Assembly (NCBI GenBank): GCA_964188305.1
Contig: OZ076885.1
Direction: 5' to 3' (one strand)
DNA length: 64,000 bases
From: Podarcis bocagei
Taxonomy: Eukaryota
In this document: piece by piece, positions 23,744-34,930 of the stretch
How positions within the stretch are numbered: position 1 is the stretch's first letter
Layout: each line of letters begins with the position of its first letter
Position numbers and translations under genes: made by a program
Notes under the pieces: model-generated
Told to the model about the DNA's origin: nothing
Seen by the model: only the letters and a program-made list of their open reading frames with translations
Databases searched by the model: none

Positions 23744-25200
23744 ACCTGTAGTTGTTTAGTTCTTCCCCAACCCCCGGCACACCTCAAACCGGCACCAGCC
23801 TTTCCAACCTCCTCGCCTTCGGGGCTCCGCAAGCGAAAGCAGAATGTGCGTTAACAGCGTGCACGTGTGTACGCTTCTACAACTGTGGAAAGGTATTCTG
23901 TTGAGGCACGGGGGTGGGGAAGGCATACAAAGATAACCTCCGCCCTCCCCACGAGCCTCCTTCCTCTTTCATCCAGCGTTGGGGCTTTAGTGAAGAAGTC
24001 GAAGAGAGAACCAGTCCTGCTCCGGATGTACTCCGAATGCGGATTAGGCCTTGGGTCTCCCTCTCTTCCTGGCACAATAGTTCATAGAATCATAGAACTG
24101 GCACCCCAAGGGTCATCTAGTCCAACCCCCTGCAATGCAGAATTAACTTTCCAGAGCTGCATACGCATCATATAGTTACAGCACACACACACCCCCCAAG
24201 AACCATGGGAACCGTAGTTTACCTCTCGGGGCTACACAATTCCCAGCACCCTTTATCAAACTACAGTTCCCGGGATTGTTGGAGGCGAGGGAAATGCGCT
24301 TTTAATGTTTGTACTGGCTCTGCTACGGTGGAGCAACGGAGAGATCATAGGGAACATCAGCACGCTGATAGCCACATCACTAAAGAGCTACGTGAACTCG
24401 TGCCTAAAAGCTTCCCTGCTCTCAAACGCCGAATAAAAAGGAGTTAAAAGGGAGAACGAGAGATCCAAGCGGTAAGCTCCTCCGCGCAGGCTGCAGCTCC
24501 CGATTTCTTCCTCCAGCCTTTCCGAAGTGACGCGCGCAGAGCGTTAACTCGAAGGAAAGGCAGGAGAGGGAGGGGTCGCTTTTCTCTCTCCCCCGCGTAT
24601 CTCAAAAACTATGGCAGAGATATATTGGGGAGGGAGGCACTGAGGCGTGCAAATAACTCACTTTCTTCCGTGGAAGCACCAGAAGCTACAATGAAGCTGC
24701 GCCGAAGTAAAGCGCTTTGTTGGATGGCGTGCTGCTGCGACCTGGTGCGCCTGGGTTCATTTCAATTCAGATTGCACAAAGCGACCTGCTAAAGAGCTCC
24801 ATAATCAAACCCTGTTGGGACGGAGCGGAGAGGTGTTGCCCGTCCCTGACATGCTCTCATCTCTGCTTCCTTGATTTCAAAGTAGAGATCTCGGGCAGAT
24901 CGCCTGAGAATATTCGGATCATAGTTGTAAGGGCTGTGAAAATTTTCTATTTAACTACCTATCGCTATGCGAGAAACAGTGCAGGAGGCGAGCGGCGCCG
25001 GTAACGTGCTTTGTACAGTTGCCGTGCAAATCCCCGCGTTTAGACAAGGTGGCAGTATAGCACAGGCGGAGCTCGGCGCATCTTGCAGCGCCGGGCAGGA
25101 AAGCCGGCAAGCCCGGGCTCGCCAGCGTTTAACCACCTACCCAAAACTCCCTCCCCGCCCCTCTCCTCCTTTCGTTTAGGTTGATTTATTTTCCCCTCCT
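23744..25200. promoter_or_regulatory. Continuation of the CpG island beyond the L1 insertion
   Basis: CpG-rich sequence resumes right after the L1 TSD and would be contiguous with the left part before insertion. Confidence 0.7.
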
Positions 25201-26019
25201 CTGAAATATTAATCTTGGGTATCGTTTGATTGCTTAGCCCTTAAACGCTGCCTTTAAAAGAGAGAGAGAGAGGGAGGGAGGGAGGGAGGGAGGGAGAGAG
25301 AGAGATAGAAGCGTAGAATGTTTTCATAATATTTTTATTCTTATTTTTCTATTGCAAGCATGAATGGGGGACACAGAAACGCAGGCAGTCTGTGGTGTAG
25401 TGGAGCAGGAATGATGATGCCTTTTCTTAGGGTGTTATTTGCCAGCCAAACAAACAAGCAACCCCCCCCCCATTAAAAAAACCTCCTGGAAAAATAAGCT
25501 AAGCAGGGGATGAGGTAGGTTGCAGTAGCAGGCATGGCTGAGTTAGACTGCCATTTTTATTTTGAACAAATGCCAAGGCTGCCTTTAGGATGTTACAACC
25601 CACCAAAAAGTTTCAAAAGTCTCATTGGAATGGATCAAAGGTCACATCAACCACCATGCCTTTAAAGCCCCCTTATATCACTTCCCTCCCGGAGGAATCC
25701 TGGGAACTATAGTTTATTCTGGGAGCTGTAGCTCTGAGGTGGATCTTCTAGTATATGACTGAGAACCATTCAGAAAGCAACTGTGTATATGGGGGGGGGG
25801 AACAGTCTATATCTATACCAGAGGTGGTGAACTCACAGCCAATGTTGGCCCATGAAGCCCTTTTTAATGGCCTGCCGCCCTCTTCCAAAATCACATGTTG
25901 CATCCTACATTTCAAAAGTGCTGCTTCTCCCTCTGACATAGACAGCATTGCTAGAAGGTCAGAGCGAGGATCGCTTTAATCTTTAGAACGTTTTTGCTTT
26001 ATTGTTGTTTTCGAATTGT

Positions 26020-26050
<31 letters not shown>

Positions 26051-26851
26051 ATGTCCTGGGCTCTTTGTGGAGCAAGGGCAGGATATAAACTTGGTAAATA
26101 AATGGAAGGATCGGGAGGGGGAACAGGGGCCCGTGAATCACAAATGAATAAGGGCTGCATTTCTATTGCACTAAAATGGAGAGACTGAAATAAGATAACA
26201 TGAGTGGAGAACAGAGAGGCCTGCCACCCAAACTGGACCAAATGCAGTAGTAATATTTCTGCCTTAACAAGCAGCAAAGTGTAAGAAGAAATAATGGGAT
26301 TTCTCTTGAGGCTGCAAATAATGATATCATGAAGTCAATGAGTCTTTGCACTTACTTGAATGGATGTCAAATTAATTATAACAATAGTAATAATTCATGC
26401 AGAGTTTTTAAGCATGCTGCACAAGAACACTGTAACATTTAAGTCTCATATTCCTCACAATTTTGCTGCTATTGTCATCATTGTCATTATTACTCATACA
26501 CTGCGGTCAGTCCTATGCAGTTTTACCTGGGAGTAAGGTCCACTGGGCAAAATGGGACTGGCCTTTAGGCTTTTAGATTGTGGACCTGTGAGATGTACTT
26601 CCTATTAAAGAAACATGCATAGGACTAGGTCATAAATTAAGTGCTTTGCTCTGGTTAAACTTCAGAGAAGCAAAGTTTCCCCATTCCGTTTTGTTAGATG
26701 GATTCTTCATTAGGCAGATTCCTCATGCTGCTTTGGTAAATGAAATAAAATGTGTGTGCATTGCAGAAAAAGTACATATTTGCAGAAAAAGTACATATTT
26801 ATAAATTACTGGTGCTGGAATTAAAGGAGAAAAAACTGTCAAGAGAGCATA

Positions 26852-26898
<47 letters not shown>

Positions 26899-27684
26899 AC
26901 AGCAAAAGAAGAAAAAGAGCCAATAGATACAATATTTTTTCTTTATATTTCTAGTTGCATTTCAAACATCCTCCTTGTTTATCTTACATCCTCAAAAGTA
27001 TACCTCTTTTTCCAGAAAGTGATTTTTCTCCTATGGGATTAAAAAATAAAATCAAGTGGTATAGTGCATGGCACATCTAGCAGCCACCAGACAGTCCTTG
27101 CAATATATGGGATATCTCATATCGATTTTCCTTGAAAGACCTTTCTTTTTGTTTTTCTGTTTTTTATTGCCTGGTATGTTTTTAACTGGAGAGTTACCAA
27201 GATATCACCCAATAACAGTCCACTCCATGCCTTCAGGTGCTGCAATTTATTTCACTTGACAGGCTCTTCCTTCTTTCCTTCATTTTTATTTTTATTTTTT
27301 ATAAATATATTTTGATAGAATTATGGCCAGTCATATGTTTGGCAATTTCTCGGTGTCTGTTCCCAAGGGATGCAGACATCGTGGGAGTCTCACCAATTTC
27401 CTTTCATCTTTAAAACCTCAAAAGTGTGTGCCAATGATTTTCCAGCTTCCAGCTTTCACTTGTCCCTTGTTGTTTTTTGCAAGCTGGGCCCTTCCAATAA
27501 AACGATGACATGAAATGGGGAGAGCAACTTTGAGGTCAACATGTCCTGCAGATGTGTAGGTGTGTTTGCTCCTATGCACCACCGGGGGGACACTGTGTCA
27601 GAGTGTATCGAAACCAAGTTACTGGAGGCATGTCAACAGCAGTTGGCGTGAGCAGCAACGCAGGGAGGTTTCAATGCTGGCTTG

Positions 27685-28120
27685 TGCAGATGGATCAGAA
27701 AATCTGTCCATTTCCGTTTCTCTCCATTTCTCATTTTGCCAAACTTAACCTTAGTTTTCTATGCTTCCACATTAGTTTGCAATTTATTGGGTGTTTTTTT
27801 TTTTTAAAAAAAGGTCTGCATGAACATTCATCAGCATTTTTGTGTAAACTTCTAATACGAACATTTTTGCAAAGCAATTTTCCTACTATAAAGCTTTTTG
27901 GGGCAGTATGATTTTTCATGAATATATGCATTTTTAGGCACACTTTACCCTAGCATATGCATATTTGTACATGTGATACTACATGGCTGGAGAACTGCAC
28001 TGCAAAATTTGGAGAAGTGCAAATTTTGAACACTGACTGTTTCAGGTCATCTATTGTTTTGAAAAGCGTCAATTAAATGCAAACAGAATTTAATTCCTCC
28101 CCCCACACACACACACATCG
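27685..28120. repeat. Probable non-autonomous DNA transposon relic (AT-rich, internal GCATTTTTG repeats)
   Basis: Recurrent TGCATTTTT/ACATTTTTG units. The family is inferred from general resemblance only. Confidence 0.4.
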
Positions 28121-28916
28121 CTCTGGTGAGGAGCAGGGTGACCAAAGGAAGGCCAATGCAAAAGACTCTCAGATTCTCAGTATTTCTTTGGAGTAACTGA
28201 TTATTTGATTTATTTGTATCACTCTATATAGAATATGCTTGATCCAGCTAAGCAGTTTTAAGGTGGAGAGGTTTTAATCCACAGAGTTCAGCATGGCAAT
28301 GTTAATTTTTATTTGTTTTTAAGGATTTTTTTTCACATGACACCAAAACTTCTTTTAACCAGCTGCAACGTTAACGCAAAACCTATAATGGTTCCAGTAC
28401 ATTTAATTTAAAAAAGCAGCAACACCCGAATCTCTCCCACTTTCTATCCTGTATTAACAATATTCACACATGCACACAAATAGCACAAGAGAGGCTCAAA
28501 GGCATTTTGCATGTCATGTGCGAAAATGCCTTTATTTTTGAAAGGATTTAAAATAGAAATAACGGTTCTTCTAAGGCAGATGGGCAAACAAGAAAATCAA
28601 GCCAAGCTGCTGTTTCTTAAAGGAGATGTAAAGGAAAGGAAAGCTCCAATCCTATATTCATCTACCTGGGAGTAAGTCCCATTGAATTATTTCTGAGTTT
28701 ACTTCTGAGTGGAGGTATCAAATTATGGTCTTAGCGTGATATTCAAGAGCAGTCAAATTCAGAGCAGACACAATGAAGTTTTAACTTAAGTCTATTGATT
28801 TCTGTGGGTCTCACACATTGATACCTATTAATCCAGACTAAGATTTTGACAGCTAAGAGTTGGATCTAGAGTGTCCCTTCCACAAATGGAAGGGAGAGAG
28901 ATCCAGTGTATATTTG

Positions 28917-29207
28917 CATAGCTCAGTTGGCGAGAGCATGGTGCTGATAACACCAAGGTAGCAGGTTTGATCCCAATATGGGATAGCTACATATTCCTGC
29001 ATTGCAAGGGGTTGGACTAGATCAGGCATAGGCAAACTCGGCCCTCCAGATGTTTTGGGACTACAACTCCCATCATCCCTAGCTAACAGGACCAGTGGTC
29101 AGGGATGATGGGAGTTGCAGTCCCAAAACATCTGGAGGGCCGAGTTTGCCTGTGCCTGGACTAGATGATCCTCAGGGTCCCTTCCAACTCTGCAGTTCTA
29201 TGATTCT
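28917..29207 (+). mobile_element. tRNA-Ile-derived SINE with CR1-type 3' tail, interrupted by a hAT MITE
   Basis: Head TAGCTCAGTTGG..GAGCATGGTGCTGATAACACCAAGG..GGTTTGATCCC resembles tRNA-Ile. Tail GGACTAGATGATC..GGTCCCTTCCAAC..TTCTATGATTCT is a CR1 3' end. Confidence 0.8.
29023..29158. mobile_element. hAT-family palindromic MITE, 136 bp
   Basis: CAG..CTG ends, ~57-bp near-perfect inverted arms, exact 8-bp TSD GACTAGAT (29015-29022, 29159-29166). Confidence 0.93.
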
Positions 29208-29901
29208 TTTAGGCTAAAACCCTAAACACACTTGCCAGGGAACACTGTGTATCCATTGGACACAGTGGAACTTGCTTCTTTCGTAAAACAGTCACAGGAT
29301 TGTGCTGCTAAACTTTTGCTGTATCATTACGCGCAACGCAAATCTTTTCTTGAAAGGTCAATGAAATGTAAATAAATAAATAAAAACAAGCAACGTTGTC
29401 TCAACAGATGGTACCTATGTTGCATATGGATAAATTGCTGCAACAATTTTGGGACATCAGGAGAATTTTGTGCTTATGAAACATTTGGAACTATTTCAGT
29501 TTTGCCTACGAATTCACAAAAAAACCTGGCTTCGATTCTACCAAATCCAGTTTAACATGTAAGAAAACATAGTCTGGGGACTTAGCAATTAATTTTTGAA
29601 AGCAGAAAAAATTAAGAGAGCAAGTCTTCGTTTTAGATGAAAACTACAGTTCCCACTTGGCTATGAAGCTCACCAGGTGACCTGGGGCCTGTCCCTGTCG
29701 CTCAGTCTAACCTACCTCACAGGGTTGTTGTGAGGATAAAATTGAGCGGGAGAGAACTATGCACACCGCATTGAGTTCTTTGAGGGGAAGGTGGGATATA
29801 AGTATCATAAATAAAGTTTGTGCTATAAGCTTAATTTTATCATAACTTTGCAAATGTCAGAACTGAGATTTCAGATCCAGACCCGTATCACATTATTTAG
29901 T

Positions 29902-30130
29902 GTTCGAAAGCACATCAAAGTGCAAGTAGATAAATAGGTACCGCTCTGGCGGGAAGGTAAACGGCGTTTCCGTGTGCTACTCTGGTTTGCCAGAAGCGGC
30001 TTAGTCATGCTGGCCACATGACCCGGAAGCTGTACGCCGGCTCCCTCGGCCAGTAAAGCAAGATGAGTGCCGCAACCCCAGAGTCGGCCACGACTGGACC
30101 TAATGGTCAGGGGTCCCTTTACCTTTACCT
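29902..30130 (+). mobile_element. Sauria SINE (POM-type), 5'-truncated
   Basis: GTTCGAAAGCAC..GTAGATAAATAGGTACC..GGCCACATGACCCGGAAG..ACCTTTACCT tail. Confidence 0.92.
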
Positions 30131-30154
30131 TAAGTGGAGATAAGTGTCACATAA

Positions 30155-30518
30155 GGGATGCGGGTGGCGCTGTGGGTTAAACCACAGAGCCTAGGACTTG
30201 CCGATCAGAAGGTCGGCAGTTCGAATCCCTGCAACGGGGTGAGCTCCTGTTGCTCGGTCCCTGCTCCTGCCAACCTAGCAGTTCGAAAGCACAGCAAAGT
30301 GCACGTAGATAAATAGGTACCACTCTGGCGGGAAGGTAAACGGCATTTCCGTGCACTGCTCTGGTTCGCCAGAAACAGCTTAGTCTTGTTGGCCACATGA
30401 CCCGGAAGCTGTCTGCGGACAAACACCGGCTCCCTCGGCCAATAAAGCGAGATGAGCGCCGCAACCCCAGAGTCGGTCACGACTGGACCTAATGGTCAAG
30501 GGTCCCTTTACCTTTACC
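30155..30518 (+). mobile_element. Sauria SINE (POM-type), full length
   Basis: tRNA-like head with A box TGGCGCTGTGGG and B box GTTCGAATCC, Sauria core, (ACCTTT)n tail. Confidence 0.95.
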
Positions 30519-30575
30519 TAAGTGGAGATTGTATATAAGGTTGTCAACTTTTTTTACTATCCTCTGCTACTGTGC

Positions 30576-30616
<41 letters not shown>

Positions 30617-33600
30617 GTAGTAGTAGTAGTAGTAGTAGTAGTAATTATTTATTTATACCCCGCCCAGCCACCCTGGGCAGCTTCCAACAAAATATTAAAA
30701 TACAGTAATCCATCAAACATTAAAAGCTTCCCTAAACATGATCCTGTTGCCCTGACATGCTCAGGTGTTAATCTTCTTATCCCAATGCCACGAAAAGGTT
30801 CATTTGCTAATTGCTGAAAGTTAGGAGAAAGGTCATTTTTCCTGGTTAGTTGGTTAACCAAGTTTCGTAAGAATTGTGTGCAATGAAAGGTAGAATGAAG
30901 AGATTAACACAGATAAAACTTTTCTAATTAGTTGGAGAAAAATGGGCTCAGCTAGTCCATTGTTTTAATTTTCCTGTAGGTTTAATTCGTATAAAGCAGA
31001 GCCTGTGATTTCTTTCTCTCCAGGGAGAGCTTTTGGTGTTGGAAAACTATGTCCAGATATGCTGAGTCACTGAAACATTCATCATCCATTCAAGAAACTT
31101 ATCTCTGATGGCAGAAAGATGGGGAAGAGTTAGTTTAATGAAGTGTGAGCTCTAAAAAAACATTTGAAAGGTATGAGGCTAGTTTTCATGTTGATGTTGT
31201 ATAGAGATTACATTGACATTGATAGGAGTCACCTTTTTCATATCATTGTACTCATTCTTTACAAGCATTGTGAAAGACTCTGGATTTTATTAGTCTTTCA
31301 GCATATTGAGAAGACCCATCTGATGTGTATATAAGCACACTTGCAAAATCTTCCCAAAGGATGTGCAATCTTAAGAGCGAGCTTCAACAAGGTTAGGATA
31401 GATGAGAGCAAATGAGATTTCAGTTTCCCCCCTTTCGTCCAGACTTTGCTGTTCTTGGCTCAAGAACGTGTGTCAGGTAAGCAGCTCATGGCAACAGAAA
31501 GATTTGTTCTATACTTTTCTGCTGTTCTGGATAGCTGCGTCAAATGGCTTGTTCAGAACAGTGCTATCAATCTAAGTTTTCCAAGGCCACACCCCTTCCT
31601 GAGTCACCTGAACCAATGAAAGGCAGGATCAATAGGCACCGACTGCTAGGGGCCACCCGCCCAATGTTCAGAGGGTGGAGAGGGTGAATGCGGAGCTGGG
31701 CGCAGAATGGCTTTTGGTTGCCAGCAGCTGCTTCTCATCCCGCTACAAGGGGGAGGAATAGGAGAAGCAGGCAATACTGGAGCTGAGTGGGGCATGGCAT
31801 GACTCAATGGTTGGTAGCTCCTCCCTCTCCTCCTCCTCCTCCTCCTGCTGCTGCTGCAGTGACTGGCTAGGGGCAGCTTTCCCCGTCTTTCCCTTGCATG
31901 ACAGGGGGAGGATGGGGGCCACTGGCCACTGGGACCATGCTGCCACTGTATTCGGCTCCACCCCCTGGTTCCTTGCTACATCACACATGTGACATCAGGA
32001 TGCCACATTGGGCCCCCTTAATCTTTTTCAGAAACTGGTGCCTTTACCAGGATCTATTTCAGATCAATATCTCCAGGGTTTGCTGATCACTTAAGTTCTT
32101 CTTTGTTTTCAATTTGTAGTACCTGTCTTCCATCTGGGAACCCTTGAAGCTCTTAGCTGTGGATTTATTTAGAAGGATACACACACACTGTAGTCCCAAG
32201 CTGATTGGCCATCAAGATCTGTCACATATCCCTAGGACAGTTGCACCTTTTTGTATAAACCACGAATGCCTCTTTCCTTCTTATGCCTCAGGCAGAAAGA
32301 CAGTGAAGAGGTTTTAACTGCACTTTTTCTTTGGGGGTTTGAAAGAATCTGTCAAGTCCTCCCTGAAGAGATACAAGGATTCAGCGCATTTAATATGTGT
32401 CTTTGAGTCAGGCTACAATCATGAGAGAGAAAGGAAGCGTCCCCCCCCCCTTTCCTTTAGAATTGACTCACACATTTAACAGTTTGAATCATGCAGATGG
32501 TGGCAACAGTTATTCAACTCAGGGATGGGCTGTTAGCTAGGCCTGTTGCAAAATAGGCTTTTTAGCTACAAAACCCGCATGGAGTTCATTTCACGCTGCC
32601 TTCAGGCACAGAGGGATGTGTACTGCTGTCCAACTCAACTGACTCATGAACGTCTTCCATCCCTCAGTCCTCTTGGGTGATGTTGTGCTTGTTGTTTGAT
32701 GTCACTCTAGCCTAGGTTTGGACTATGCACTTTTGTCTGTAGCCGCACAGGATTTATGTCATGGCTAAAAATTGGCTGCTGTTTCTTTAATGCTAAAAGA
32801 ACTAAGTCAGCATGAGTCAGTGGCCTACAATTACTCATGCAACCTTTCACCTAATTGTACCCGTATATATAGAGTGGTCAATGTTAGTGTTGTGCGTGCG
32901 TGTGTGTGGGTTGGTTGGTGAAAGCTGGTATTGTTGATGTGTGTACAGTTGGTCGGTTGTTTTGCAGATGAAGACTTTTTAAGAATAAAAGCAGAAAATA
33001 CTCTGCAAGGACACTCTTCTTGTGGACTCTTTTATGCTGACAAGGGTCCGAGGACCAGGCTGAGGAGACAAAGGAAGTCAGGACCTTTGCTTTTTTCAAA
33101 CACTGTCAATTTATTAGTAACCAGCAGGATTAGCGCTGTATCCCTGATAACTCTAATGGGTACGTCTGCAATGTGTTTGATGCATGATGGCTTTCAAGAG
33201 CCAGGCAATTTGCAAATCCACAAACTGTTATTCTTGGATATCATTATTCTCCCAAACCCTGATGTGATATATCCTGCGTGTTGATATCTCACATCTATCT
33301 GCAACTCACTCCAAATCTACTATATATTTTGGGAAATGAGTTGTTCATTTGTTCTCAACAGGTTCAGTCACCACTTGAGTTATCATCATCAAACTTGGCA
33401 TGAGAGTTCGTGAGGTGCAGGTGTCTGTTTTCATTGCTGTTGGGAAGCCGGATGTCATTTGGCAGTCCCAAACGTGACTTTGGTGTGACTTTGCCCAATA
33501 TTTGGCATGATGGGTACAAATTGTGTGGATTACAAACTTGGCATGAGAGTTTCTGAGGTGGGTGAAGCAGTTTCCATCAACAGAGGGATGCCAGCTGCCA

Positions 33601-33874
33601 TTTTGAATCAAGATGGTGGACTGAAACATGACTTCAGTGTGACTGTGCCTGATTTTTCATGTTATAGTTCTAACCTGTGCCAATTTAGATGCCTCTGAAG
33701 ATTCCATTGCCCAACATGACATGAGCATTCCCAAAGGGCAGGCATCAATCTTTTTCTTTGGATGCTGGTTGCCATTCTGAATCAAAATGGTGGACCAAAG
33801 CATGACTTTGCTCAATTTGGCATTAAGAATCCTAACTGGATTGAAGATATTGTCATTTATATGACTTTGTCAAA

Positions 33875-34930
33875 TCTTTTTTGTAACTTGAATCGATTGG
33901 TTCGAGTCCTACCCTCCAGAGCAGGAGAAAACAAGCTTGCTCCATCTTCCATGTGACAGCTCTTTAGATATTTGAAAATGTCTATCATATCTCTTCTCAG
34001 TCTCTTCTTTTCCAGGCTAAACATACCCACCTCTTTCAACCATTATTCATAAGTCTTGGTCACCCTCCTCTGCACACATTTCAGCTTGTCAATATCCTTC
34101 TTAAATTGTGGTGCCCAGAAGTGGACACAGTACTCCAGATATGGTCTGACCAAGGCAGAATAGAGCAGGACTGTTACTTCCCTTGATCTGGATACAATAC
34201 TTCAGTTGATTCAGCCTAGAATAGCACTAGATTTTTTTTTTTGCTGCTGCATCACACTGTTGACTCACTGACACACTGTTAAACCCTAGATCCTTTTCAC
34301 CTGTAAGCCAGGTGTCCTCCATCTTATATTTGTGCAACAGGTTCTTTCGTCCTAAGTGTAGAACCCAACTGAAATTCATTTGTTAGCTTGGGCCCAGTTC
34401 GCCAATCTGTTAACATTATCTTCAATTCTGATTCTGTCTTCTACATTAGCTAACCCTCCCATCATGGGGGACTTTCTCAAAAGCCTTACAGAAATTGAGA
34501 TACACTACATCCACAGCATTCCCCTGATCCACCAAGCTTGTAACTCTATCAATAAAAAGGGGGGGGGATAAGAGTCGACAGACATGACTTGTTTTTGGGA
34601 AACCCATGCTGGGTCTTTGTTATCACGACAACCTTTTCTAATTACTCACAGGCTGTCTGTTCTATGACTTATCCTGGTACCAACATCAAGCTGACTAGCC
34701 AATCATTACCGGGGTCTTCTCTCTCTCCCCTTTTGAAGATGGGGGACAGCATTTGCCCGCCTTCAGTCTGCATGGACCACACTTCTTCTCCAGTAATTTT
34801 TAAAGATTCTAGGCATAGGCTCTGAGATTAAATCCAAAAGCTCCTTTAGAACCCTTAGGTTGTTTAGAATCCTTTAGAACCCTTAGAGCTGCTCATGCTC
34901 TGGATATTTGAATTCATTTAAAGTAGCTTA
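33875..34930 (-). mobile_element. CR1 LINE ORF2 fragment, degenerate with deletions
   Basis: Translation GMFSLEKKRLRRDMIDIFKYLKSCHMEDGASLFS..EGRTRTN is the CR1 ORF2 C-terminus. A related short piece lies at ~48315-48400. Confidence 0.88.

Noticed and set aside
11950-25200. miRNA host gene or REST/NRSE sites in the CpG island
   Set aside because: I saw no recognisable mature miRNA, and only partial CAGCACC half-sites. A visual scan cannot fully exclude them.
28917-28990. tRNA-Ile gene
   Set aside because: The acceptor stem is missing, the T arm is degenerate, and it is fused to a CR1 tail, so it is a SINE head.
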